Part shown: in pieces, positions 39,095 through 48,933 of the stretch | How the letters are laid out: each line of letters opens with the position of its first letter | Position numbering within the stretch: position 1 is the stretch's first letter | Origin: a virus | Taxonomy: Duplodnaviria; Heunggongvirae; Uroviricota; Caudoviricetes | Virus record (IMG/VR): IMGVR_UViG_3300029720_000461 | DNA length: 64,000 nt | Strand: one strand, 5' to 3' | Made by a program: the position numbers and the translations under genes | The notes under the pieces: generated by a model | What the model was told of the DNA's origin: nothing | The model's input: only the letters and a program-made list of their open reading frames with translations | Database searches by the model: none

Positions 39095-39589
39095 GTGATA
39101 GCAATGGTAACAGACAGAATAAAAGCAGACCTGTATACGGCGGCTATGTTAATGGATAACAATGACATGCCGTTTTTAAAAGATTTGGCTGCATATCATA
39201 TACAGCAGGCATTGGAAAAATGTCTAAAATATTATCTTAATAATATATATGGCATAAGTAAAAAAAGTGAAGAATATTTTACGCATAATATAGCAAGTCT
39301 TTTTATATCAGTTGATTCATATGACAAAAACTTTACGGCAAAGCACCGTGAACTGGCAGTACTTTCAAATAAAATTACAGCTTGGGAAAGCATGGGAAGA
39401 TATTCAGATATGCAAATTATTGATAATGATATAAGTCTTCTTACAGTTTCAAGAGTACTTGAGCTTACAAAGGATATATATGAAGAAATACTCGAATATG
39501 AAAAATTAAATCAAAGCAAAGCCAAGACAAAAGCAAAACATATTAAGAAAAATTTAAAATACAGGGAGGATAGAAATTATGAATGTTAA
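39095..39589 (+). CDS. HEPN domain protein
   Basis: AAYHIQQALEKCLK...THNI...RY. Confidence 0.85.
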   Translation: MIAMVTDRIKADLYTAAMLMDNNDMPFLKDLAAYHIQQALEKCLKYYLNNIYGISKKSEEYFTHNIASLFISVDSYDKNFTAKHRELAVLSNKITAWESMGRYSDMQIIDNDISLLTVSRVLELTKDIYEEILEYEKLNQSKAKTKAKHIKKNLKYREDRNYEC

Positions 39590-40265
39590 TTGTACATGGG
39601 ATGATTTATACAGAGCTGCTATGGATAAAGGTTATGGTAAACCGGAGTTAAAGGCTAAGGATACAGCAAGAGGCGAAGTAAGCATATTAATGAGACAATT
39701 AGGAGATGACCCTGAAAGATATGAATGTCCTGAAGATGCCATTGAAGATTTCTGTAATAAATATAATGTAACATTTAATGAAGCAGGCAATGTCCTTGAT
39801 ACAGAACTCCCAAAGATATTAGTTATAACTCCAAAGGATGAAGTAGAGCTTAAAGATTATACAGGATATGAAAGTTTAAGAGATACGGTTGAAGGTACAA
39901 TATCATATTTCCATAGAGCAGACTTTGATAATTTAAAGTCGGATATGATTTGTAATGATGAATTTTTATTAGACGACAGATTCAATGAAGTCAATGCATT
40001 TGCCACATTGCTTTCTGGTCAGGTTATATATGGAAATGTTGCGATGATTGTTTATAAAGGACATGGTGAAAACAGAGGCTTTGAATATAAGAATAATGAT
40101 ATAACCTGTGAAGCTATTTCTTTAAAAATGGCACTTGAAAATACAATGAAGGATGGTTTATGCAGTGAAATGTTAAAGCTTTACCATGAAAAATATGACA
40201 AGGAAAAGCCTGAGCCTAAAATACAGGTGAAAAACTACAAAGACATTGATGACCTGTTAAGATAG
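39579..40265 (+). CDS. DUF3846-like protein
   Basis: SLRDTVEGTI...ICNDE...N..AT...IYGNV. Confidence 0.6.
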   Translation: MNVNCTWDDLYRAAMDKGYGKPELKAKDTARGEVSILMRQLGDDPERYECPEDAIEDFCNKYNVTFNEAGNVLDTELPKILVITPKDEVELKDYTGYESLRDTVEGTISYFHRADFDNLKSDMICNDEFLLDDRFNEVNAFATLLSGQVIYGNVAMIVYKGHGENRGFEYKNNDITCEAISLKMALENTMKDGLCSEMLKLYHEKYDKEKPEPKIQVKNYKDIDDLLR

Positions 40266-40466
40266 AAAGGAAATAAAATGAAAGTATCAGACATTTTAGA
40301 TGATAAAACAGTAGGAAAAATATATGCAGACTGTGACAGAAATAAAATTACTGAAGGATACATATATACGCTGTCACAAAAAACACTTGATGAGCATGTA
40401 AAAAGCTATGTAGTATCCGGTAACAGTCTGATTATTATAATTTAAAATTTTTAGGAGGAAATTAAT

Positions 40467-40952
40467 ATGAATTTAAAAGAAGGATTAAAGAAAGGCATAG
40501 ATATATATGTTAATGAATATTTTAAACTTGAATTAGGCATGAATATAAAAGATTATACATATGAACTGGACTTTGAAAAAAATTGGGTAGAATTTCATAT
40601 GCCAGATGAACCACATAATTCATCATGGCTTTGGAGCAGCTATTTTTCTGATATTAATGAGATTAAAGATTTCTTAAACAAAAGTGTAACAGATAGTTAC
40701 AAATTTGGTGATTTCGTAAAGGAAGCTTTTTTAGAAGCTAAAAATGAAAAACTTTACGGAGCAGACATATACGGTAAGATTCAGGCTGAAATCATAAGAG
40801 CAGAAGAAGATGGTGTTGAGCCACTGCTTACCAGTGAAGACTATAAGGCAATTATTGACCTTATTAAGGAACACAGACAGTCAGAAAAAGAAATGCATGT
40901 AAAAAAGCATGGATATGAATATGGAAGTAATAATAATTACGAAAGGTATTAA
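40467..40952 (+). CDS. hypothetical protein
   Basis: AGGAGG RBS. Confidence 0.75.
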   Translation: MNLKEGLKKGIDIYVNEYFKLELGMNIKDYTYELDFEKNWVEFHMPDEPHNSSWLWSSYFSDINEIKDFLNKSVTDSYKFGDFVKEAFLEAKNEKLYGADIYGKIQAEIIRAEEDGVEPLLTSEDYKAIIDLIKEHRQSEKEMHVKKHGYEYGSNNNYERY

Positions 40953-40954
40953 CT

Positions 40955-41764
40955 ATGGATAGAGAAGAAATAAGAGATAAAATAAGTAGTATAGTGTGGA
41001 ATATAAATAGTAATTATAGTCCATCCGGAGCAGAAGCAACTATCATAGAACTTATAGATAAAGTTTGGGAAGAAGCATATCAGGAAGGTTTTAAGGCAGC
41101 AGAAGAGAAGTTTAATACAAAGAATCCTTCTATAGGAGAAATCCGTATTACTCCTGATTTACTTGATTTTATTAACCTTATGGAAGATGAAAATACTGGT
41201 GAGAAAATGCTTTATCTTTATGAAACAGATGAATTAACTAAGGCAGCAGGAATATATACAGATACATGTCATAACGACATTTATCAGGTTAATTTCTATG
41301 GTGTTGAATCTAAAGATAATTTTAAGGTTATTGTGACTGTAGCTGTATACGATACAGAAGAATTGAAATTAAGATATCCTGATGTAGCCGGAAATATTCT
41401 AAAAATCAGTGATGCAGGAGAAATGGAAGTAGCCTTTAATGATAAAGAGATTGAGATTATAAAGACTGAATTTGATAAAACTGTTGCTGAATATAAAAGA
41501 GCAGATAATACAAAAAGGGATAGAATAAAGAAGGAACTTGAATATATCAGAAATCCGAATAGATATATTGATGTTTATAATTCTTATAGAGATAAATCCA
41601 TTGCATATCCATTAGCTGAATATTTGGATATCAAAGCTTCACAAAGTGGTTTTGATAATTACGAAGATATGCTTAATGAAGGCTTAAAAATTGATTATTC
41701 AGGAGAATATATAAAAGAACCAGAAAAAATGATTAAAAGTAATAAGGATAATATAGAGAGGTAA
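40955..41764 (+). CDS. hypothetical protein
   Basis: Coupled ORF. Confidence 0.75.
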   Translation: MDREEIRDKISSIVWNINSNYSPSGAEATIIELIDKVWEEAYQEGFKAAEEKFNTKNPSIGEIRITPDLLDFINLMEDENTGEKMLYLYETDELTKAAGIYTDTCHNDIYQVNFYGVESKDNFKVIVTVAVYDTEELKLRYPDVAGNILKISDAGEMEVAFNDKEIEIIKTEFDKTVAEYKRADNTKRDRIKKELEYIRNPNRYIDVYNSYRDKSIAYPLAEYLDIKASQSGFDNYEDMLNEGLKIDYSGEYIKEPEKMIKSNKDNIER

Positions 41765-41769
41765 AAAAT

Positions 41770-41995
41770 ATGGGTTCATTTAGTTGGCTAAGAGCAAATG
41801 TAGATACAGAAAAAGCCAATATAGCAGAAGGAGATAAATTATGCACAATCTCAATACTTTTCTGACTGGCTTTCAGAAGCAAAAGAATTATGTAAAAAAG
41901 AAGGAATTGATTTTAAAAATTTCCTTGAGCATGATAATTTTGATTCAAAGCAGCCTGATAAAAAAATAAAGAAAAATATTGAAAAAGACTTATAA
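41770..41995 (+). pseudogene. Deleted/frameshifted gene remnant (MGSFSWLRAN... / ...KKIKKNIEKDL*)
   Basis: GAGGT RBS, early stop; a second frame carries a cargo-type C-terminal tail. Confidence 0.45.
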
Positions 41996-42273
41996 TTAAG
42001 CTTATTTGCTTATAAAATCAAAATGTTGTATGATATTATATACAGGTTGTGTACAAAATATCATATAACGGTAGACGGGTTGTTTATATGGTGTTTAATT
42101 AATAATTATAACTATAACAGGTATGGTTGTTCATGCCTGTTATTTTTATGCTTTTAAATGGTAATTAATACATGTAATGGTAATATTTTCCAAGAAAAAT
42201 TAATTTCAAAAACTGTAACATATTACATATGAAAGGCGGAATTGTTTTTAAAGTACTATTACGGAGAAAAGTA

Positions 42274-42549
42274 ATGAACAACATAAGGAAAAATATTACA
42301 TGCATTGAAACAACAATATTAAAAAAATATGAATTAAAAATCAGTAAAAATCAATATGTCGTATTAATGTTAAAAGACACAGACGGCGTAATAAGCATTG
42401 AAACTGAAAGTGATTCAGAAGGTCTGTCTGTTTATGAAAAAAGCAGAAATGGAAAATTTATATGTTACAGACGGATTTTAAACGATAATGAATTAAACGG
42501 TTTATGTGAAAGTGTCTTAGCAGAGTATTTAACCGACAGGAACATTTAA
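42274..42549 (+). CDS. hypothetical protein
   Basis: GGAG RBS before MNNIRK. Confidence 0.6.
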   Translation: MNNIRKNITCIETTILKKYELKISKNQYVVLMLKDTDGVISIETESDSEGLSVYEKSRNGKFICYRRILNDNELNGLCESVLAEYLTDRNI

Positions 42550-42571
42550 CCAGCAGATAAGAGGAAAAAAT

Positions 42572-42853
42572 ATGGAATATATGGAATATAAAACTATAGC
42601 AAATAAAGAATTGGAAAATATGAATAGAAACAATATAGGCAGAATGGTAAGCCCACTTGCAGCAATTAAACGTAAATGCCTTGACTGTTCAGCCGGTAAT
42701 GTATATGAAGCCCAGAACTGTCAGTGTACAGGATGTGCTATCTATCCTTTCAGATTCGGACGTAACCCTTATGGAAATGAACTGTCTGAAGAAGAACTTA
42801 AAAACATAAGGAACTGTTATGAAGAATACAGGGCAGGTGAAGTTCATGGCTAG
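42572..42853 (+). CDS. Cys-rich (KCLDC...C..C.IYPFR.GRNP) putative Zn-binding protein
   Basis: Motif. Confidence 0.65.
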   Translation: MEYMEYKTIANKELENMNRNNIGRMVSPLAAIKRKCLDCSAGNVYEAQNCQCTGCAIYPFRFGRNPYGNELSEEELKNIRNCYEEYRAGEVHG

Positions 42854-44144
42854 TTTTTATAAATTTAAAAAGACTAAAGTAAGAGGCTTGCTTGTACATA
42901 ATAACCGAACAGCTGATGACGGACTGCATCATACAAATGAAGAAATTGACCTTTCAAAGACTATATTTAACTATCATTTCAAAAAGGGAAATTATGAAGA
43001 TGCAAAGGCAAGGATAGGACAGATATACCATTCAGGAAGAAAGGATGAAATTGTAATGGCTGAAATGGTTATTACACTTCCTAAAGATGTAAGAAAAGAA
43101 GATGAAAGATATTTTTTCCAGAATGTTTATAATTTTTATGTAAATGATTTTGGCGAAGAAAATATTGTCAATGCCGTTGTACATAAAGATGAGACAACTC
43201 CACATATGCATCTTGATTTTATTCCGGTTGTGCAGGGCAGACCTAAAGAGTGTAAGAATAATATTAAACACATAAAAGAATGGGAAGAAAAACATGGTGA
43301 AATAACTGAAAAAATATGTTGCAAGGAATGTATTACATACAGATATTTACAGGCAATGCATAAAAGGCTTTATGATTATATGGCAGAAAAGCTTGGATAT
43401 GAATGTGAGATATTAAACGGTGCAACTGACCACGGTGCAAGAACTGTTTTACAGCTTAAAAATGAAAAGCTTAAAAAAGAAGTTAATGAATTATATAACA
43501 AACAGCAGATTTTGATAAGAAACATACAAAAAATCCAGACAGTATGTGATAAACAGCAGTTCGATACAAGATTTTTTGACAGTATATCAGTAATAAATAC
43601 TGTAGAAAGATTGCAACAGTTAAATGATTTATATTTCAATATTATAAAATCTGAGCATGAAACACTTCCAAGACAGGTAATTGAACAGATTAATAAAATT
43701 CAGAGACAGTTTCCGACTAATCATAACCTTAATCTTATAAATGCCAAGATGACCGGTAATTTAAAAGGTATAACTGTTATTGAAATGAAGCAGGATTTGC
43801 ACAGGATATTACCACAGCGTAGAATTATAGAAAGCGACCCGGAGCTTGAAATGTATGTAAGCAGACTAAGCAGCCTTACACGCACAAAAGAGATTAAAAC
43901 AAATAAAGGAGAGTATATACTTTTTCCTACAAATACTCAGACGCAGATATTTGAAAATCTTATAGCATTAAGCAGACTCAGGGAATACGAAGAAATTAAT
44001 ATCCAGAAAATTCGTGATGATGAATATGAAATTTCCTTGCAGATATTAAATGCAGCACAGATTCCTGTAAATTACTACATTCCAAGCACAAGTTTTGAAA
44101 TTACAGATGGAAGATTAAGACAGCACAGTAAAATTCTTATCTGA
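42846..44144 (+). CDS. mobV: MOBV / Pre (Mob_Pre) relaxase
   Basis: HNNR, NEEID..KT..NY, EMVIT and AVVHKDETTPHMH motifs. Confidence 0.88.
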   Translation: MASFYKFKKTKVRGLLVHNNRTADDGLHHTNEEIDLSKTIFNYHFKKGNYEDAKARIGQIYHSGRKDEIVMAEMVITLPKDVRKEDERYFFQNVYNFYVNDFGEENIVNAVVHKDETTPHMHLDFIPVVQGRPKECKNNIKHIKEWEEKHGEITEKICCKECITYRYLQAMHKRLYDYMAEKLGYECEILNGATDHGARTVLQLKNEKLKKEVNELYNKQQILIRNIQKIQTVCDKQQFDTRFFDSISVINTVERLQQLNDLYFNIIKSEHETLPRQVIEQINKIQRQFPTNHNLNLINAKMTGNLKGITVIEMKQDLHRILPQRRIIESDPELEMYVSRLSSLTRTKEIKTNKGEYILFPTNTQTQIFENLIALSRLREYEEINIQKIRDDEYEISLQILNAAQIPVNYYIPSTSFEITDGRLRQHSKILI

Positions 44145-44177
44145 TTTTGTATCATATATAGAATGAATATTAAAAAA

Positions 44178-44325
44178 TGCGGAAATCACACTTTTTAGTG
44201 CAGATGTGGTAACAGGTATACACATCATTTGACCGAGCCTGTTAGCTAAAGACTGTTGCTCTAATTGCGAGAAAACAACGCAACATAAAAGAGATTACAT
44301 TATAACATGTAGTCTCTTTTTTATT
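44178..44325 (+). ncRNA. Structured RNA (three-way junction + pseudoknot) followed by an intrinsic terminator
   Basis: CGGAAAT/ATTTGACCG, GATGTG/CACATC, TAACAGG/CCTGTTA, TGTTGC/GCAACA; terminator AAAAGAGATTACAT/ATGTAGTCTCTTTT. Confidence 0.55.
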
Positions 44326-44342
44326 TGTTTTGTTTGTTGTAC

Positions 44343-44399
44343 CTGCATCTACTTTGTAGCTGCATCTACTTTGTAGCTGCATCTATTTCATAGCTGCAT
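44343..44399. repeat. 3.3 x 17-bp tandem repeat CTGCATCTACTTTGTAG
   Basis: Directly visible. Confidence 0.9.
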
Positions 44400-44410
44400 T
44401 AAAAACAAAT

Positions 44411-44425
44411 CAAATTGGTAACATA
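44411..44425 (+). promoter_or_regulatory. Shared CAAATTKGTAACATA motif, copy 2
   Basis: 44 nt upstream of the virB4 ATG at 44470. Confidence 0.65.
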
Positions 44426-44469
44426 AAAATAATAGGAAGCATATTAAACATACGAATGTGAGGACTATT

Positions 44470-46980
44470 ATGAAAAAGACTAATACAAAAACATCTGTAA
44501 AATCTGAAAAAGCAGTAGGACAGAAGAAGGTTATAGATAAAACCGTACAGGACTGTCTTAAATTTGAAGAAGTATATGATGACGGACTTATTAAAGTTGA
44601 TAAAGATACTTACAGCAAGCTTTATGAGCTTATTGACAGTAACTTTATTACTGAACCGGAAGACAAACAGGAAGATTTGCTTGTTGAATATACAAAATTT
44701 GTAAATAAATTCCCTGAAAACGTAGATATTATTCTTGTTATTGTAAATAAGAAAAATACAACAAAAAATCTTGCGGATAATTACCATATAAAGCCTAAAG
44801 GCATAAGCACTGACAGATTTTGTGAAGAATATAATAAAATTATAGATAAAAAAATAACAGAAGGACACTCTGATATAGAAAAGAATAAATATATTATTCT
44901 TTCAGTAAGAGCAAGAAGCCTTGATGATGCCAAGACTTCTTTTAATACACTTGATATTGAACTTGATGCATCAATGAAGAGAATCAACAAAGTAGGAGTA
45001 AAAAAAGTTGATACATTTACAAGGCTTTCTTTGATGAGTGAAATTTTAAAAGGCAATCAGCTTGTACCTTTTGAAAAAGAATTTGGAAAATACAAATCAG
45101 TCAATATAATTGATGAAGACGGTGCTTCAGCAGAAGAACTTGACAGGGAACTTATGAAAAAGAACGGAATTACACCTAAAGACCTGATAGCACCACAGAC
45201 TATAGAGAAGTGTTCTAATAAGGGTATTGAATATATAAGACTGGGAGACAACAGGGTTTGCAGAACTTTTTCTTATGTTGACCTGCCACAGTCACTTGAT
45301 ACAAAATTTTTAACAGATACAACCAATCTTCCTTATGAAATGGTAACAACAATAAGACTTGGAGCAGTTCCAAGAAAAACAGCAATAAGAAATGTAAAAA
45401 TGATGAATACTTCTATTAAAGCAGATGTTATGAAAGCCAGTAAAAATCTGTACAGGGAAGGTTGTGACCCAAGCCTTATGAATGAGGACTTGGTACAGGC
45501 TCGTAATGAAGCAGCACAGTTAAGAAAAGATGTTGTAGTAGACGGTAAAAAGTTATTTTATGCAACCATGACAATTACACTTATTGCAGAAGATGAAGCA
45601 GAACTGAAAGACTTGGAAAACCAGTATGTTCTTAAATGCGGAGATTATTCAGTTAATCCTAATAATTTAAGAGGACAGCAGAAACAGGGCTTACAGAGTT
45701 CACTTCTTCTTGGAAATAAAGAGATAGCATTTGACAGGGCATTAACATCAGATGACTGCTGTGCGTTATTTCCATTTAATATACAGGAGCTTACTGATAA
45801 GAGAGGACATTTTTACGGTGTAAATGCCATTAGTAAAAATATGATTATGTATGACCGTAAGAGAAGCAAGCTTGCAAATGGTCTTGTATTTGGACAGTCA
45901 GGTTCAGGTAAGTCATTTATAACAAAGGGTGAGATTATACCTAATTTACTTGATGGTGATGATGACATGATTATCCTTGACCCTGAAAATGAATACAGGG
46001 TTATTGCTGAAGCTTTTGGTGGTAATGTAGTTGACCTAGAGCCTAACTCAGATTTACATATTAATCCATGTGATATGTCTATGGAATGGTCTAATCCAAA
46101 GGCAAGTCCATTAGTAGAAAAATGTGATTATATGGTAGGTATTGTTGAATCCATTTTAGGTAAAGGAAGAGAATGTAATTCATTTGAAGTTAATGTTATC
46201 CACAGAGCAGTAAATAAAATGTATGAAGAGTATATATCAGTAATGACAGAGCGTAGAAATAATGGAGATATCGTAGATATTGATACATCCATAAGCCCTA
46301 CACTGGTAGATTTTTATGACTGTCTGTTAGCGGATAATACACCTGAAGGAAATAAGATTGCTATGGCAGTTGAACCTTACTGCATAGGCAATTATAACTT
46401 ATTTGCTCATAAAACGAATTTTGAAAATAAGAACAGGCTTACAGTATTTAATCTTTTATACCTTCCTGAAAAGATGAAGGAAATGGCTATGAAGGTATGT
46501 TTATCAAACATCTGGACAACCATTGTAAGAAATAAGGAAAACAATGAAAAATACGGAAAGAGCAAGGCTATATGGGTATACTTGGATGAGTTCCACTTAT
46601 TCTTCCAGACTGAAAGTTCAGCAACAACAATCATGGCATACTTTAAGCGTGTGCGTAAGTATAACGGTATTATGACCGGTATTACTCAGGATGTAGCAGA
46701 TTTGCTTAAAAGCAGTCAGGGAACAGCTATGTTTAATAATACAGGATTCTTTATTTTCCTTAATCAGTCACCTGTAGGCAGAAGCCAGATACAGCAGCTA
46801 TATAATGTGTCTGATGCACTTATAGATTTTATAAAAGAAAAGCCTGCCGGAATGGGGCTTATATATAATAACTCAGTACTTATACCGTTTGACTATAAAC
46901 TGCCAAAGGATAATGAGTTATACAGGATAATGAGTACGAACCCTAATGATGAAAACCGTAAACCGTTACAAACGGCATAA
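44470..46980 (+). CDS. virB4: VirB4-like conjugation ATPase (TraE/CD1110 type)
   Basis: GQSGSGKS Walker A, ILDPENEY, YLDEFH, KRVRKY.GI.TGITQ. Confidence 0.93.
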   Translation: MKKTNTKTSVKSEKAVGQKKVIDKTVQDCLKFEEVYDDGLIKVDKDTYSKLYELIDSNFITEPEDKQEDLLVEYTKFVNKFPENVDIILVIVNKKNTTKNLADNYHIKPKGISTDRFCEEYNKIIDKKITEGHSDIEKNKYIILSVRARSLDDAKTSFNTLDIELDASMKRINKVGVKKVDTFTRLSLMSEILKGNQLVPFEKEFGKYKSVNIIDEDGASAEELDRELMKKNGITPKDLIAPQTIEKCSNKGIEYIRLGDNRVCRTFSYVDLPQSLDTKFLTDTTNLPYEMVTTIRLGAVPRKTAIRNVKMMNTSIKADVMKASKNLYREGCDPSLMNEDLVQARNEAAQLRKDVVVDGKKLFYATMTITLIAEDEAELKDLENQYVLKCGDYSVNPNNLRGQQKQGLQSSLLLGNKEIAFDRALTSDDCCALFPFNIQELTDKRGHFYGVNAISKNMIMYDRKRSKLANGLVFGQSGSGKSFITKGEIIPNLLDGDDDMIILDPENEYRVIAEAFGGNVVDLEPNSDLHINPCDMSMEWSNPKASPLVEKCDYMVGIVESILGKGRECNSFEVNVIHRAVNKMYEEYISVMTERRNNGDIVDIDTSISPTLVDFYDCLLADNTPEGNKIAMAVEPYCIGNYNLFAHKTNFENKNRLTVFNLLYLPEKMKEMAMKVCLSNIWTTIVRNKENNEKYGKSKAIWVYLDEFHLFFQTESSATTIMAYFKRVRKYNGIMTGITQDVADLLKSSQGTAMFNNTGFFIFLNQSPVGRSQIQQLYNVSDALIDFIKEKPAGMGLIYNNSVLIPFDYKLPKDNELYRIMSTNPNDENRKPLQTA

Positions 46981-47282
46981 AGCAAAAAGAGAAGGAGAAA
47001 AAATCTTCTTCTCTTTTTTAATTAGGCTTTTTTAACATATATATAGATTTTTAATGAACTATAATCAGATTAAGTATATTTAGACAAAAAGGAGATACGG
47101 TTATGTTACATATAGTATTAAATAATGATAAAAAGAAATTTATAAATAATGTGGCTTATTTTAAAGGAAAAGACAATTACTGTCTGGGAAACAGTTTTGA
47201 AGAAGCAGGTGATGTTATACAGATGTTTTACAAAAAGAATACATATATAACTCAATCTGAAAAAGCTGAGGTGGTGTAAATT

Positions 47283-47762
47283 ATGACAGATGATTCATTA
47301 AATAAAATGGTTGAACAGTTTCAGCATAGCAGATTAAAAGCAAAACATATTATTGACAGATATAAAATTCCTATTGAACCAGATGAGTTTTTCAGTGAAT
47401 ATGTAATATTTCTTATGAAAAATAAGAACAATCCGGCATATGACAAAATAGATAATTATGAAAGCTACTGTATAAAAATACTAAATCATCTTGCTTTTGA
47501 ATATAACCAGAAGGAAAGCCTTTTTAGCAATACAAAAGAATACAGCTGGTTTAATACAATGAAAAAAATAAGTGAAGAATACGACATACCATTAATACCT
47601 AACAATGCTTATAAATTTGCTGCATTATGTGGAATCCCTTCACTTACAACAAGAAAAGCTTATCAGCTAATTGAAACAGGCGAAGTAGACAATTTAAGAT
47701 ATCTGGCTGACAGGCTTAATAAATATGATTTATATGACAATTTGGAAAAAGAGGAAATATGA
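47283..47762 (+). CDS. hypothetical protein with sigma-70 region-2-like segment
   Basis: IEPDEFFSEYVIFL...YD...YESYCIKILNH resembles sigma region 2. Confidence 0.4.
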   Translation: MTDDSLNKMVEQFQHSRLKAKHIIDRYKIPIEPDEFFSEYVIFLMKNKNNPAYDKIDNYESYCIKILNHLAFEYNQKESLFSNTKEYSWFNTMKKISEEYDIPLIPNNAYKFAALCGIPSLTTRKAYQLIETGEVDNLRYLADRLNKYDLYDNLEKEEI

Positions 47763-48931
47763 CTTACGAAGAAATATGTAATGAACCTTTTTTGACTGAT
47801 ACATTAACAGATATACCTAATGAAAAAGGATTTGAAGAATATATTAAAAGCATAAATACAAGCAATATTACACTTGCAGCCTTTAATATATCAGTAAAAG
47901 AAATAAATAAAGAATCACGAAAAAAAGGAAATGAATGCTTAAGGGCTATTATAAAAGAATTAAAAAAAGATAATTTTAAAATATTCAGAATGCAGGGAGA
48001 AAAATTCAATATTGTATTCTTACAGAATGAATATGATTATAAAACAAAGCAAAAGTTAAAATTATATTTTGATGTTTCCATGTTTCAGCTTCCATATGAA
48101 ATATATTATGGGATTGAAACAAATGATAACAGTAATTTTGAAATATTCCGTCACAGAACTGTAGAAGAAATGTACCGTGACAGAAACAGAAAAAACCAGA
48201 TATCAAAAGTAAATGATATTGTAAAGAAATCAAAAGCACTGCTTAAAATGGAAGCAGACCTGTTAGAAGAAGAAAAAAACTTACAGCGTCTTAAATCAGG
48301 AAAAGAAAAAAAGCTTGAAAAAATTATATCAGATAAAGAAAATAGCAGTCAGTTAATACCCGGAAAAGAAAAAACACCTGATAATTTCAAAGAAAACGAC
48401 AGGCAGAAATACCTTGCAGAAATGTATTTTGCCACAGCCACGGTAAATGCATTAAAAGACGGAAAGTTTACAAGCTTCACTCTGTATATATTTCCAACAA
48501 AGCTTATGCCAGCATTAGTTACATTACCTAATATAGTAATAATTGATACCGGTATAAATTATACAACTTATAAAGACTGCAACCATTTCACATATATGGA
48601 TGTTGAATATAATGTATCAATGCGTTTTACAAGAGAAGGAAAACTTAATTTCAGTATATTCCCAACTGATGAAACAGTGAAAAATAATATTAACATTCAC
48701 ACACAGGAAGGCTTATATACACCTGATAATTTCGGCAAGCTGGTTCATTTATCAGATAGTGATATTGAAATTTTCCCTATTAAACAGAACATCCGTAATT
48801 TATATGATTTTGCGTATATAAAGAACAATGAAATAATTATTAATAAAAATGGTTTTATTAATGACAACGAAAAAAATATAAGTGTAACAATGGATAATAC
48901 TTCAATCAATTTAACGGTAAAGGAAGGATAA
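47759..48931 (+). CDS. Degenerate GGDEF-domain protein
   Basis: TDTLTDIPNEKGF...KEIN..SRKKGNECL...IFRMQGEKF. Confidence 0.65.
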   Translation: MTYEEICNEPFLTDTLTDIPNEKGFEEYIKSINTSNITLAAFNISVKEINKESRKKGNECLRAIIKELKKDNFKIFRMQGEKFNIVFLQNEYDYKTKQKLKLYFDVSMFQLPYEIYYGIETNDNSNFEIFRHRTVEEMYRDRNRKNQISKVNDIVKKSKALLKMEADLLEEEKNLQRLKSGKEKKLEKIISDKENSSQLIPGKEKTPDNFKENDRQKYLAEMYFATATVNALKDGKFTSFTLYIFPTKLMPALVTLPNIVIIDTGINYTTYKDCNHFTYMDVEYNVSMRFTREGKLNFSIFPTDETVKNNINIHTQEGLYTPDNFGKLVHLSDSDIEIFPIKQNIRNLYDFAYIKNNEIIINKNGFINDNEKNISVTMDNTSINLTVKEG

Positions 48932-48933
48932 AA

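Noticed and set aside
44178..44325. c-di-GMP-I/II, SAM-II or pistol assignment
   Set aside because: Conserved core nucleotides of those families are not recognisable; left unnamed.
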